Positions 12,503 to 26,272 of a stretch of 64,000 nt of DNA are shown here, piece after piece. The stretch lies in the NCBI GenBank assembly GCA_965113315.1, contig OZ220372.1; one strand, 5' to 3'. Under the pieces are notes generated by a model that had not been told where the DNA came from, made no database searches, and saw only the letters and a list, made by a program, of their open reading frames with translations. This stretch comes from Podarcis vaucheri. Lineage: Eukaryota. Made by a program: the position numbers and the translations under genes. Within the stretch, counting starts at the first letter, position 1; every line of letters begins with the position of its first letter.

Positions 12503-15500
12503 GTCAGGTTATATTGTGTTTCAGCAACTTTCTGTGCCCCACATACCTCATAGACATCACTCAAATAAATATGCACAGCCAAGTAAGGATCTATCAGAGG
12601 GCATTCTGCACCTAACCCAAAATATGGGCGGTAATAGCAAGCAACCTGAAATAAAAAGTCAAAACACCAGTGATTGCCATAGGACACAAACCAATAAATC
12701 AGACCTTCAGACTTATTTCCTTGATTGATAAAATCTTTTAAAGAGTCTGATAAGAATCAGCTATGCTTAAAGAGGAATTGCCAGTGCATTGTTGAAGATT
12801 AGATGGTTTGAAATTATGACCGAAACAGAATGATGTTGTAATGGGTTCAAGCCTTTTAAATGCTGCTCTCATGTACTTTCTCACCTGATTCTTCCTTGCT
12901 TACTATGATGGCAATAGCTATGGTCTTACTCAGATGATGGGCTACATTCAGTGCACTCTACTGAAACAGCCAAGTTGAAATCAGGTCCATAGTACGGATT
13001 TTGCCACGAGAAGAGGGTGAATCAACGTAAATCAATCAAAACCTAAATTAAGATAGCCCAGTACATTCACAACCATTTAATTTAATATTTTCATATTTAA
13101 TTTAATATGAATATGAATATAAAATTAAAGTGTCTTTTACTTTTTTAACATTTAAAATAAGCACCCACTGCTTAGTAGGGAAGGAACAACATGCGCAGGT
13201 CCCCTGTGACTATGGACTTGGTCAAAACAAAGTTCATTTCCTTGTTCACTCATTCTTTATTGACCCGTGTATATCATAACCCCTAACAATTTGGTAGGTC
13301 ACTAATGGCTTGTGTGTTTTCACATTAATCCCACAATTTAATGCTTTAAAATTTGCTCACAAGCTTCAGCAGTTGTTGTTCTTGTTGTTGAAATACACTG
13401 AACTGGATTGTATAGCTTTATTCTAGGAGAAATAATTCCAAGGCAGCCCTTTTTTATATCTCTAAACCCATGTTTCTGAAATCAAGACTGTGAAAAAAGA
13501 ATAGACCTTGCTTTAAAATAAAAACAAAACAAAAACAAATGAGCAATGCATGTGCAAAACTGAGAAATATTGCTGGTCTTCTCAAAATTCTTTAGTGCCC
13601 CTAGAAACTCCTTGTATTATTTGCCTGAAGAGACGCCTCTACGTTCACTTCAAGTTATGATTTGGCAAAATTTTGGTGGCAACTCTAATGAAAGGTTACA
13701 AATATGTTTAAACATATTTCTAGAAATAGATTTCTAGAAAATTTTCAAGAACAGAATGGCTCAGCAGCAGTGATAGGTGGGGTGTGGGGTAGGGTGGCAA
13801 TAGCACCCTCATGGCACAACTGCATTTACCAGGATGGGGCAAGGCGACCATGACACTGGGGGAGCTCTGGGTTGGCGGCAGAGGTGGACTTGTCCCATCC
13901 TGGGAAGTGCAGCACCTCCTCTGCTCAGGAGGGTGCCACTGCCACTGTGCTTTCCCTCACACACTGCTGCAGGAATGGCTCTTCAACGTTCCTTGAATGT
14001 CAACCCAGCAAATGTCACAAGTGACAAAAGACAAAATGCAAAGTTATCAGAGCCATCAACAGGATGGGTTGCAGAGAAAGAATAATTGCAGACAGAAAAC
14101 CTGAGTGCACTGAAGTCAATAGACACTTTACCACTGATCTCAGTGGAACAATGAGTTCACCCACAGACCTTGACTGAACTTGGCATGTATCCATATTGAA
14201 TGGCTGTGCAAGCTGACTGCCGCTACATGCAAATTTATATCCTGACAGCCAAACCACACCTAGTATATTTTACTGACAGAAGGAGCTGGCGGATAAACAC
14301 TAAGATGAAACCTTTTTTTATTATTATTGAATTGAAAGGCAACTCATTGTGGGGGAATGCTACTGTTGGAATAATCTCTATCTTTGCAAAGAATGAATAT
14401 ACAAATCATTTACCTGATGAATGTTTGCACAGTATACTATAGATGTTGACTGACTAATTGTGGTAAAATGATGGTCTACTTACTTATGTAGAAGGTATTT
14501 CAAAATTACAGAGGATGCTATTTATTCTTAAGAGAATAAATTTGATTGATCATTGTTTTGTCCTAGGTATCAAACTTTTTACAGCAATACAACTTCCTGT
14601 GTCTGGGATGCTTTCATAACCACTTCTTTCATGGCAAAGGAATTTGTGAAGTGCACTGGAAGAATCCAGCGGATAATTCTCACCCCCTGAAATAGATTTC
14701 TGCAGAAATTCAATTACTTAAATTGAAGTTCAGCTAGCTCCCTATGAAGGTTAATTCTTCACTGCCCCCCACCCAACTGCTAATTGTTCTTTAAGTCAAG
14801 GCATCCAGCATTTTTTGTGGCTATGTTTCCATTGATGGTTGCAATGTATCAATAAGTTATACAGTATATTATTGTGGGTTTCTACAGGATCACATAAACT
14901 AATTTGGTGCCAAAAATATTGCAAGAATTAAACATTTTCACAGCCAGCAATGAACACTAGTGAATATGCTAGAGTTCCTAGTCGAATGCTTATCAGATTC
15001 CATCGAAGCAAGAAGGCTTTTCACAGATCTGCCTGTAATTTGGGGATAATATGATGGAAGTGAAAACTCTAGCAATAACGTCAGACACTTTACTAAAATC
15101 GCTAGAAAAGGCAATTTGTAAACTTTACTACTTTTGGTTTGGCTGTATTAATTTGTCTGTCCCTTCCTGTTGTGAGAACTAAAAGAAAACACTAAGCAAT
15201 ATAATTTAACTCTTCTCTACATGTGGCAGCATGATGCAAGTATCCTTACACTGGACTTACAGTAAGCAAGTAAACACTCATGGTGGTTCAAGTTCATGCA
15301 CTGTAATAGCACAAGCTGTGGCATTTTGCCAGCAATTCAGATGACACTGCCTATGTTCATGAACAGCTGAGCTTAGGATCATGAACTAAGTGAAAGTGAC
15401 TGAGTCAGTATTGAGCAACACAGAATTTCTGCTACAGTTTTATGACACATTTCAAAATAAATTGTTTGGATGTTTGTTCTACAAAGAACTGTTTGAAGTG

Positions 15501-18500
15501 TTTGCACCAAGTTCTGATTGCTGGAGGGCAAAGATTTTGTAGATTAATTAACTTTACTCACATATAAGGGTTTCACTACACTATATTTATACCTTTAATG
15601 AAGAGATGTCAAAAAATGGAAGCAAACCTAAACTATCATTTTTTTGATACGCCAAATCTTCTTAGGATGCAATACATGTATCTGTCAATGATACACTTCT
15701 ACAAATGTTTAAATCTACTCAGAAATAAGAGTTGTGTGAGGAAAACACATTTAATGGCACGTACAGTGTGTTCTGAAAATGTCACATTAATCAACAAAAG
15801 AAAAAGTTTCCTTTCAGGATTTTTGCCACAATAACTTCAGTCTTGAAAGAAAATCAAGCTCAAGTGGAAAACAAAGAAAAAGTGGATCCGATAAGCTAAA
15901 TTTTACAAACACTCCATAGCTAGGCTTATCAAATGTCAAGAGGGGACAAAATAATATTTTTATACAGCATTTATGAAACAAATCACTAGAAAAGTCAATG
16001 TCAAAATCAGAAGAGTTTCATGATGTTTAAAGACACCCCCTCCCATTTATAAGCTCATTATCCAATAGTGGCTCTCAAGAATAAAACTAATTTACATTCA
16101 AAATAAGAGTATGGTCTACTCTTTAAAAGCACAGTGATAAACACACCAATTTGACAATTACATTAATATAGGTATTTGCATAATCTGCCTTCTACACCTG
16201 TTCTTAATTTGAAGCAGCTGCAGGACAAATCACATCACAATAATCTGAATGGGTAGCTGGTTGTGCCATCCCATAATTTATGCACTCTAGCATTTTCCCT
16301 GAGGGTTATTAAAAAAAAAAAAAACAGCATAGGAAGTCATGGTGGTTTTGTGGGTTTCTGGTTTTTTGTTGTTGTAGTTGTTAGGATCATTTAGATTTAG
16401 CATTGATAGCTAAGATGGTAATGCACATTTAAGAAGAGACTTTTTTGTTTTGCTCAGTTTCCTCTGACAGTGGTCATGTTGTTGGCTTGAGAAACATTAA
16501 ACCCAGCACTATTACAGGTTATTAGACAAATGCACCTCCTACAAAGTGCATTAAGGTGATGGAAAGCTGGCCTATACAAAGCAGTAGCTTGAGTAATATT
16601 CACATGCTATTTACACACAGAAAAATGAATCGGATAAAAGATCACTTCTTTCAAGCTGTGCTCTCTTTACAGTCATGGTTTGACATCTTCTCCCTCTGCA
16701 GCAACAGATAGTGGCAAATATATATTTTTTAAGTATTTAAGTTCATATATCTTAAAAATAATAGTATATGCTTACTTATATTTAGCACAAAAGATCTAGG
16801 GAGCATCTAGTTGACTAGTAGGCCACCTCCCTCCAAAATAAGTAGTAGGCTATCTTATCAACTAAGTGATTTCAAACACAATTGTGTATGTAGCAATGCA
16901 AGCAGAAAACCAAGTGGGCAGAGCTAAGTATCTTAATAAGTTATGTGGGGCACAGAACATCAAAATGCTCCTCTGAAGAAGGGAACAAGAACAGAGATTG
17001 CCTGCCTTTAGCAGTTCTTCTGCGGGTCTGGCAAACCTGTTTATGGTTCATGTGTTTTGAACATATTTTGCATTTTGATTGAATACGACACAACATTCAT
17101 TGATAGTGAATATGACACAACATTCTGAGAAGAGCAAAATTCAATGGACAGAAATAATCTGATCCATACATTAGACAGAGAGGTGAGGTCAATTCACATA
17201 GGAATTTGCAAAGATCGAATTCGTCAAGTGTTTCTGGCTCTTTTCTGAACACCTTCTTTGCAAGTTTTGACATGCTTACAGCAAGAAATACACACAGATG
17301 TATCCTAGCCAAAATGCTAGAAAACACAGAGAATATCCTTTCGTTCAATAGTTCCTAGTTACTGCTACAACTAGAACACGCCAGTGAGTTTAAACTCACT
17401 CCAGCAGGGAAAAGTAAGTTGAGGCAGTACACGACAAACTCTTAAAGATGGAAGCAACTTGTTTACATCTCTGTGGAGTCTTCCACTGGGTGGCTGCCTC
17501 ACCCAGAGATGGATATAGAGAGGGATCTGACAATTGGGAAAGACTTCACAAGTACAACCAGCACTCTACTACATGGAGCATACATATTTTCAGGATGCAG
17601 GCTTTGTTTACTAGCAATTTGTGTAGATACTTAGATGATACACAAACACAGACGTATCTTTTTTCTATAGATAAAACATACCCAATTAACATGTTTTTAG
17701 AAAAGCATTACCAAATGCAAATATCAACAAATCACAGTAGGCAACTAAAAAGTTGTCTGCCATATAACTTCAATAGATTTTAAAATCCACTAAACAATGA
17801 CCTTTCAGCTCATTGGAGAAAAGCAGTCCTCGTAAAGAAGATTTATATCTTTGTGAGCCTGTTCAATTAAATAAATAGGCTGTATTGCTGCAGTGAAATT
17901 CCTCTTAAAGGTCTTTAATAACTTTGAACATAGGAACCACAACCAGACAGCTGTCCAATTTAGCAACTATGCCGTCGCATCCCTGAAATCAATTGGAATT
18001 ACTGAAATTTGTTTAGGAATGAAGGTTGTGCTTTAATTGTAAAGTTGCACAATATAACATGTAGCACGACAATGGAAACAAACTTATAATGATCAGAGGT
18101 AACTGTAGTCCAAATCTTCACAGAACCACTGGCTTTTTAAAGACACAGATGTTTTAAAATAATTTACTTTCTGGAGTGTTCCTGTATGCTGTTATGATAG
18201 AAGCAGCCTTGACAGTGAACATTTCTTTTCTCAGAGTATGCTCTAGAATATCATTAGCTAAGGAGATTAAGTGTGATTTAATAGCAGTTATGTTAATGAT
18301 CTATAAATGTTCTTTAAAAGGATATAAAGTCACAATAATCTGTTTTAAAAAACTAGTGTAAAGAGTACTATGCAAGAAACTGTGAAAATCACATAAGATT
18401 AACAATGCCGAGTTAACTCTAAAATGTTTGGCGAAAAATTTAGCAACCAATTCCAAGGCAAGAAGATGATTGCTAGTGTTTCTACTGCCAAGAGGGCTTT

Positions 18501-18861
18501 TAGTTTGTGTGAAGCAAACTACCATTTCCAATAAGATTGTTAGTCTCCTTAACTATGAGCAAGAGGTTGTTTTAAAAGTAATTCATCTAAATCTAAAAAG
18601 GTATCGTCAGGAATCTTGGTAAATGTTTCCCAAACAATGCTTTATTATTGCACTTCTAGAACCAATTAAGTGCAAGGTGACTTTCTCCAAAACCACTATT
18701 TTAAGTACATTACACACTTCTGTGGTGTGACCTGAAAAAATCAGTTGTGCCAAGACCACTTTGTCCAGTTTAACATTTGCAGATTTTGAAAATTAGGTTG
18801 GAAACTGAAGCAATTCTGAAACAGGGACTGAACCGTTGCCTTCAGCACTGAGTATCTATCC

Positions 18862-18997
18862 CAGGCTTTCTCAACCTTGGCCCTCCAGATGTTTTTGGCC
18901 TACAACTCCCATGATCCTTAGCTAGCGGGACCAGTGGTCAGGGATGCTGGGAATGGTAGTCTCAAAACATCTGGAGGGCCGAGGTTGAGGAAGCCTG
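18862..18997. mobile_element. Palindromic hAT MITE, 136 bp
   Basis: TIRs CAGGCTTTCTCAACCTTGGCCCTCCAGATGTTT / AAACATCTGGAGGGCCGAGGTTGAGGAAGCCTG, with a perfect 8-bp TSD ATCTATCC. Confidence 0.92.
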
Positions 18998-20309
18998 ATC
19001 TATCCCTTCTGTTTCATTAATCATCATCAGGCCAAGGCATGGCGAAGTTGCAACAACACAGGATAGCCACTTGGGATTTGAACAGGCCACAGTTTTATTA
19101 TTACAGGCGCCAGCAGGTTTTTAGCGGCCATTGATTGTATATCCTGAATCAACCAACCTACTGCTTATTGACTATTCAGCAGGGTTAACAAAGGTTAAGG
19201 GATTGCCCTATGACATACATCAAATCGAGGGAACCTTTCCCCGGAGATCGCCATTTTGAGGGTGCACTTGTGTAGGCTCCGTCTGCAATCTAGAGCCCTG
19301 GGTGAGTATAGCAGAAACCCCTCTGTACATATTTGCCCTGAACACACAGGAAGTGGGAATAAGCTGCATGGCAGCAGGGATGGAAGCCAAAGAGAGCATC
19401 CTCACAATTCCTTTGTACTCTGCTTCCCTTCCGTGTGAGCTATGATTTTATCTATCTAACCATTTTTTAAAGTAAGCACCACATCTCGTGGCAATTGGTT
19501 TATAAGGTTTCCATGAGAGAAAATGTTAAAATATATATTTTTAAAAGGAAATTTTATTCTTCAGATACAAATTAAATATATAAACCCTACATAGTGACTT
19601 TCAATTCTTGGTTCTGCATTGTACTATTATTTTATATAAAGGAACGAGGCTTCCTCATTGTATCAACTCAAATGTGCCCCTCGGCTTTCACCTGAGAATG
19701 TGCAGTAACACCAGTGTCAGGGAGATGTCAAGATTGCAACTTTAAGACAATGTGCCACTATCAGAAGTGTCAGCGTTTTGAGAGAGTGTTAAGTTGCATT
19801 TCCACCTTGTATTATATCTCATTCCACTTTAGTGTGTGCTTAAAGTTCTTTGAAGAGTTACCTAGTAATATTTCTACATCATCAGCTTAACCAATTTTCA
19901 ACCTCTATTCCTTCAATTCTAACTTGCAGAAAAGACCTCCTATAATACTGATAAATGTCCAAAAAGTTGGTTCTTAACATTTTAATTCTCTTATTAAGAA
20001 ATTGCAACAAAGCATTCTCAAAGGTGAAAAAATATATTGTGATTCTAAAATAGTCCTTTGGAAATATTGTATAAATAGAGGCAATACAAGTATAAGAGAA
20101 CCAAGGCAGTCTGTACTACACATTTGCAGAGCATTAAGAACAATATTATACCAATTGAAAGGTTTGAGCAGAACTATAATTCAGTATAGATTTCCATTGA
20201 AACTATGCAGAAAGAACGAAAGACAAAGGAACCACTTCACACAAAACAAAATTATAGAATTTGCTACCTAAAGACATAAGAGTGGCTGCCAATTTGGATG
20301 GCATTATTT

Positions 20310-20945
20310 ATTATTACTTGACTTGTTAGCTGCCATTACAAAAAAATAGTCTCAACGTGACCCAACAACAACAAAAATGCCGACATATAAAAACAATTTA
20401 AAGTCAAATTTAAAATGACGTACAAAATTCCTAAAAATGCTTATCAGGCCACACAATAAGTAGAAGTCCTACCCCACCCCATTAAAAGACTAGTACTACA
20501 GTAGGGGCTCCCAGAATCACCAAAAGCCTACGTAAATAAAAATCTTTTAGCTTAATGCCTAAAATTTGACAATGATGGAACCACCTGTGTTTACCTGCAG
20601 AAAGCACAGAACAGACAAAGAGCCTCCAATTAAACAGCCACCCTCTGTACTTCCTTTGGATGAGGTGCATGAAGAAAGTTAAGACTGCAGGGCCCAAGCT
20701 GATTCAAGTGAGAATAGGTGATCCTTGATGTTTGGGGTCTTGAGAGGCATAAGGCCTTATAGGCCAAAACCGGCCCTCTAAATTGAGCCTGGAAACTTTT
20801 TGGTAGCCAGTGCAGTCAGGCCAGATTTATTGCAGTATGTTCAGACCTTTTGATCTCAGTAATATGGCTTCAGAATTCTGCACTAGCTGTAGTTTCCAAA
20901 TGGTCAGCACATTGCAGTAAACTAACCTAGAAGTTACTAGAACAC
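20310..20945 (-). mobile_element. Degraded L2-type LINE 3' fragment
   Basis: LVTSRLVYCNVL...WKLQLVQNSEAILL resembles L2 ORF2 (LVTSRLDYCN...LQLVQNAAARLL). Boundaries are approximate. Confidence 0.7.
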
Positions 20946-21145
20946 AGACAATTGAACCTGTCCAAATAGACTTACCCTTCAAAAATATAACACCTTGCCA
21001 TGGGGGAAAAATCATTCCATATTTAGTTTAAGCAAACCATGGGTCTGTTCAGGGGTCACGGTAGCTTGTCTACAATGACCAAGGAAATATATTGGGCTGC
21101 TCTTGCACACATGGTTGAGCTCTTGTACAAAGGCCTTGTTTACAT

Positions 21146-21281
21146 CAGGCCAAGGCAAACTCGGCCTCCAGATGTTTTGGGACTACAACTCCCATCATCC
21201 CTAGTTAACAGGACCAGTGGTCAGAGATGATGGGAATTGTATTCCCAAAAACACCTGGAGGGCCGAGTTTGCCTAGGCCTG
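21146..21281. mobile_element. Palindromic hAT MITE, 136 bp, related to 18862-18997
   Basis: TIRs CAGGCCAAGGCAAACTCGGC / GCCGAGTTTGCCTAGGCCTG, with a perfect 8-bp TSD GTTTACAT. Confidence 0.92.
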
Positions 21282-22439
21282 GTTTACATGAACGGACACC
21301 ACCTCCACAATGCAGCTGTTCCACAGTGTGCTGCAGCCACTATGGAAATTGCAGCTGGTTGTGTCTACAACACCAGTAAGCCAAAAGGCGCTGGGGTCGG
21401 AGATAGAGGTGGTCCACTCATTTTTGCCACACTATTTCTCTCCCATCTTTTTTCTTTCCTTCTACTGTCCTCACTAAAAATCCACCCCTGTGGTGTTTTG
21501 GTTTAGGTAATGAGCCTAACTGCTAGGTCTGTGTGTGCATAGAAGTTTAGCACTATGGAAACTAGCCTAAGTGAGCCATGGGCTCTAGCATTTGCCCTCC
21601 CATCTCTTCGTCTAGGTGTGGCTACAAGGAAGAGAATGGAAGGATTTGCTTCCATTTTCAACTAATCACACTTATTTTTCGCTATGGTTTATCTGAACAA
21701 GCCAGGATTGTGAACTGCCATTTGAAGCCATCTCCTTCAGACAAGCCACGTCTAAAAACTAATCACTGTCTGTTGCAGTTCAGTGACATAACAAAAGCCC
21801 TCAGTTGGTTTAAAACAGGGAGCAAATGATCCCAAAAGCCAGCCAGCCTTGTGCCATACTGCTACTCCATGCATGGTTCAGTGTTACGCCGAAATGAGGC
21901 CAGCGTGTGCTATGGTAAACTTTTCATAAATTTAGCTGCCAACACAGACCGCTTGCTTAAATGCTCCTCAAAATAACAAACATTTTTTCCTTAGATTATA
22001 TTTATTTGGTGGATTTGTCTTTCTAAAGTTTTGGAGTAAAATAAAGAATCAAGAACTGGGATTGTAATCTCTTTTTGTCCTTAAATTTTATTTACTAACT
22101 CAGCTGTGAATCTTTGCAAGAGAATGGGTATGAATATATATATTTTCCACTTATTTTCTTGTCCCTACAGGCTAATAAAATAAACACCAAGTAATTAAAC
22201 CTATAGGTACATTTAACTTTCCTCACACCAACTTATATAAAATGATTACTTCAATTAAGTGTTCATGCTAAACAAACAAAGCTTACCTTAGCCACCCGCT
22301 ATTCCATTCAGCTTGATATTTATACAACACGCTTGGTACACACAGAGCTTAACCCTTTGCTTTCAGGAGTCATGATTTCCTGACACATGACTTCTAATAC
22401 AGAATGTTTAAGTACCAACAGTAGAGGGGGGGAAATATG

Positions 22440-22990
22440 CGGGTCCTAATATTTATTTTACAAACTTATATCTTGCCTGTTTTTTTAATGAAAAGCCAAA
22501 GTGGTAACAACAACAACAAGAAGAAGTCATGGAAACAATTCAACCAAATTATACATCAAAACCATAGCTTGATAAACAAGGCCGCAGTAAACATTACAAA
22601 AAAGCCATCAGAATTAAACAAAATACTGTACCAGAAAGAAGGCCTTTTAAAAGATGCATGTCACCACCAGCCATTTAAAATAACGTAGTGAGAGTCTGAT
22701 GCAGCTTGCTTGAAAAGACATTCCACAGTGTGGGTGCCACTGCAGAAAAGGCCCTAGTTTATTCTCCGCTTCACAGTGTGCAGGAAGGCTCATATGGAAG
22801 TTGATGGTCGCAGGTCCCAAGCTGTTAAGGTCTTTAAAGGTCAACACCAATCAATATCTTCAATTGAGCTCGGAAGCAAACTGGCAGCCATTGCCGATCA
22901 CACACTGGTGTGATAAAATTTGAAGTGGCTAACACAAGTCAGCATCCCAACTGAAACTTTTCGCACTAGTTACAATTTTCTAAATTTACT
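22440..22990 (-). mobile_element. Degraded L2-type LINE 3' fragment
   Basis: Contains tccacagtgtgggtgccactgcagaaaaggcc and VLTFKDLNSLGP, typical of the lizard L2 3' region. Boundaries are approximate. Confidence 0.6.
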
Positions 22991-23398
22991 TATAGGGCAG
23001 TCTTACATAGTCCTCTGCCACAATAGTCTTATTCTTATGTGTTACATTCCTCACATGATGAGGGATATTATCAGAGATAAGTGCACCAGGTCAGCTCACC
23101 ATTCCCATTGCCTCCGTAAGTTTTGGGGTGGATGGGGGGAGATAACAACAGTGGGGCCTGTTTTCTGATTATTATTTTTTGTGGGCTTCCCGTGAGATTT
23201 AGAATTCAGATTTCCCTGAATTCCCTCACTAGAAATGTTTGTATGGCCTCTCCAGCACCTACAGTTAAACGGACACAAAGAGTAAAGCCAAGCCACAAAC
23301 CTGATCTTTTCAATCCCATCCAGAACAGGTTGTAAACCCAAACCTGAGTCACACAGTCTCTACCCATCAACATTACTTCAGATTTTCTGGATTAAATT

Positions 23399-23626
23399 TT
23401 AGCTTGCCCTGCCCAACCAGTCCTTCATAGCCACCAAATAGCAGTTCAGCCTTTCTACTGCTTCCCTAAGATAAGAGGACAATTCAAAACAGAGTTTGGT
23501 GTCATTAGCACAGTGATGGCTCTGAACTCCAACTCTCTGGGTGAGTTCACCCAGCAGTTTCATGTATTTATTAAACAGTGTGGGGGCAAAATGGAACCTC
23601 ACAGAACCCCATACGTTACCAATCAA
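23399..23626 (-). mobile_element. L2-type reverse transcriptase fragment
   Basis: GSV...PTLFNKYMKLLGELTQRVGVQSHHCANDTKL is a decayed form of GS.L.P.LFNIYM.PLG......G...HQYADDTQL. Confidence 0.75.
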
Positions 23627-23739
23627 TTAACTAAACAATCAAATAATAAAGGAATATTTCTGTAACTCACTAGTTGTCATAAAGTATGGCAACGGGAATT
23701 TGGTTGGATCTGGAAATTGTTAAGTGGTGAGCATACTGG

Positions 23740-24130
23740 AGTCTTGGGTGATTAATGAGGTGGCAAGTTTGTGGTGGATGACACACCAAATCATTTGAAA
23801 TAGAAAAAACCCAAAGTGGACTGCAAAAGGTCCAAAAATGATTTCCTCAGAGTAAGTAGGTAACAAAATGGCCAATTAGGTTCAATGTAAGTAAAGAGAA
23901 AGGGATACACTTTGGGGCAAAAGTCCCGAGTATACAAATACATGGGCAAGTATATAAACTGGATGTACTAACCTAGAAAGAAGTCTTGGGGTTCAACAAA
24001 ATCCTAAACTCAGTGAGCAGCAGGGGTGTAAAAGGCATGCTGAATGAGGGCAGTTGTTGAAATTAAAACAGCCAAAACTGACATTATGTTATATAAATCT
24101 ATGGTGTGGTCACATGTGGAATATTGCATA
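23740..24130 (+). mobile_element. Old CR1 reverse transcriptase fragment, interrupted by MITE copy 3
   Basis: Decayed KFADDTK, W..RFNV.K and YKSMV..H.EYC motifs. The sequence gaatattgcata[MITE]cagttct is continuous across the insertion. Confidence 0.65.
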
Positions 24131-24339
24131 CAGTGGTACCTCGGGTTACGAACTTAATTCGTTCCGGAGGTCCGTTCTTAACCTGAAGCACCACTTTAGC
24201 TAATGGGGCCTCCTGCTGCCACCACGCTGCAGGAGCACGATTTCTGTTCTCATCCTGAAGCAAAGTTCTTAACCTGAAGCACTATTTCTGGGTTAGCGGA
24301 GACTGTAACCTGAAGCGTATGTAACTCAAGGTACCACTG
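24131..24339 (-). mobile_element. Tigger-like MITE family A, copy 3
   Basis: TA-CAGTGGTACCTCGGGTTAC ... GTAACTCAAGGTACCACTG-TA, in the same orientation as copy 2. Confidence 0.92.
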
Positions 24340-26146
24340 TACAGTTCTAGCCACTGCCTCACAACAAGTTATCATCAAATAACAAAATGTGCCAACAAAA
24401 AAACAGTAATAAAAAAGAAATACACCATCTGCTCTACATCTGATGATGTAGAGCACATTGGCAAATGTTGGGCAGGTGGGCATGGTTTGCTTGAAATGGC
24501 TTCACAGGGCAAATGGGGAAGTTTGGCAGACCTTAATTAGGCTGGAGATTTCCCACTGCTGGCTAAACAGTCTGGCAGTGATGCTTCCGAGTGTCAGGCA
24601 GTCTTTCGCGCACACCTGTGGAGATGCCCAGGACTGCACCTGAGGCATGCTGCATGGCATGTGATGTGTCACTGAACCATGGTCCTTTCTCTCATTGTCT
24701 AAGAGAAGCTACCTTTTGAGGGCAAGCTCCATAAACACATCTCAAAGTCTAGAACCAAAAGCACACAAGCAGAAATTGTGTGAACGTGCCATATGAACAT
24801 TAACTTATTATTATATTTTCCTCTTTTCATAGCTATCCCAAAGGTCAGCTGAAGTTGTGTTTCTAAGTCTGCCAAATTTAAATAATACTGACCTACATTA
24901 AAAAGAGTTATTAGAATTACTGAGGTAATGCGCATTAAGCTCCTTAAAAACTCATAGAGTTATATACTTTATATTGTATATTACATGTATTTTTCTTTTT
25001 TGGTAGCTTTGGTATCAAAGATGCTTAAGGAAAACTATTTCCACTGTGCATGTGGTTTTTACCTTGAGTTTCCTTTTGAGGTTACGGCACCAAAATTCAG
25101 GAGAGTTTAAAATGCTCTTTTTCCGTTTCATGGGAGAAGAGGCCGAGAGATAAACCTTTGGCGACAGTGAATCTATGGTTGCTACACATATAGAACTTAA
25201 GTTCATGGTCAAATTCAGGGTGTTCAAGGCACAAGCCCTGCTTTAGCTAACACATTTTTATTCAATAAAGCCTTAACACTCAGCAGCCAGTCCATCTATC
25301 ACTGTTAGTTTGCTATCAACATAGCAATGTCCTAATGGGAACTATGATTCATTCTTCCAAAGCATTTATCTGTGGTCCAGTAAAAGATGATTTTTTAAAA
25401 TTAAAGGCTCAATAGTTTAACCACTTTTAATGAACGTGCAGTACAAGTGACCACAGTGAAATGAATTTTCAAGAGAAGTACCAACATACTGCTTTGGAAG
25501 GAAGTCTGCACTTTTCTAGAAATATTTAATAGAGTTGTTTGATGCACATGATTTAACCCCCACCCCCCACAAAAAAAACACAGGAAAAGGGCCCTTCTAC
25601 AACTGCCATTATGTAGGTTTACGTTGTTTGCAGTAATTTTCAGCTGACGGATTTGCCAACATAACCAAACCCATTATCTGCTAGAAAATAATAAAAAGAC
25701 ATGCATTGTATAGAACTTTCATTTAAATAAATACCACATTATATAAATCAGCTTTGCCTTTAAATAAAAACATGGTATACACGGGAGATGTGATGGCAAA
25801 CATTACCTAATGCTCCCCGTTTGCTTGCTGATGTGTGAGCCAGGTATAAAGTTTTATTAGGTTTTTTTATTAGACTTATAATGCAGTTCCAACCTGTCTC
25901 CATTTGCCAGATCAGTCAGTTGTGCCAAAACAGAGGAAATTAGAAACACATTAATATGAAACCCTTTAAGATGCTGATGGGCTATGCTGGTCCCCTTCGT
26001 TTACTTCAATCTGATCCTAAACCCGCTTACTTCTGAGAATCTTCTGCTGAGTTCATTGAGGATTACTTCTGGATTAAATCTCTTATCATTGGAATCTATA
26101 TGCATATTTACTCAGAAGTAAGTTCCACTGTGTTCAGTGGGGATTA

Positions 26147-26272
26147 AAAAGGTAAAGGGACCCCTGACCATTAGGTCCAGTCATGGCTGACTCTGGGGTT
26201 GCGGCGCTCATCTCGCTTTATTGGCCGAGGGAGCCGGTGTACAGCTTCCATGTCATGTGGCCAGCATGACTA
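26147..26272 (-). mobile_element. Sauria SINE (lacertid POM-like), 5'-truncated
   Basis: The reverse complement reads TAGTCATGCTGGCCACATGAC...CCGGCTCCCTCGGCCAATAAAGCGAGATGAGCGCCGCAACCCCAGAGTC...GACTGGACCTAATGGTCAGGGGTCCCTTTACCTTT. TSD TGGGGATTA lies at 26138-26146 and 26273-26281. Confidence 0.9.

Noticed and set aside
12343-12687. ORFs with RE, SL, TH or CV repeats
   Set aside because: They are translations of the (TC)n(CA)n microsatellite.
19010-19300. Possible LTR fragment (similarly 29450-29650 and 54560-54870)
   Set aside because: I found no paired LTR, TSD or primer-binding site, so I cannot classify it without a library search.
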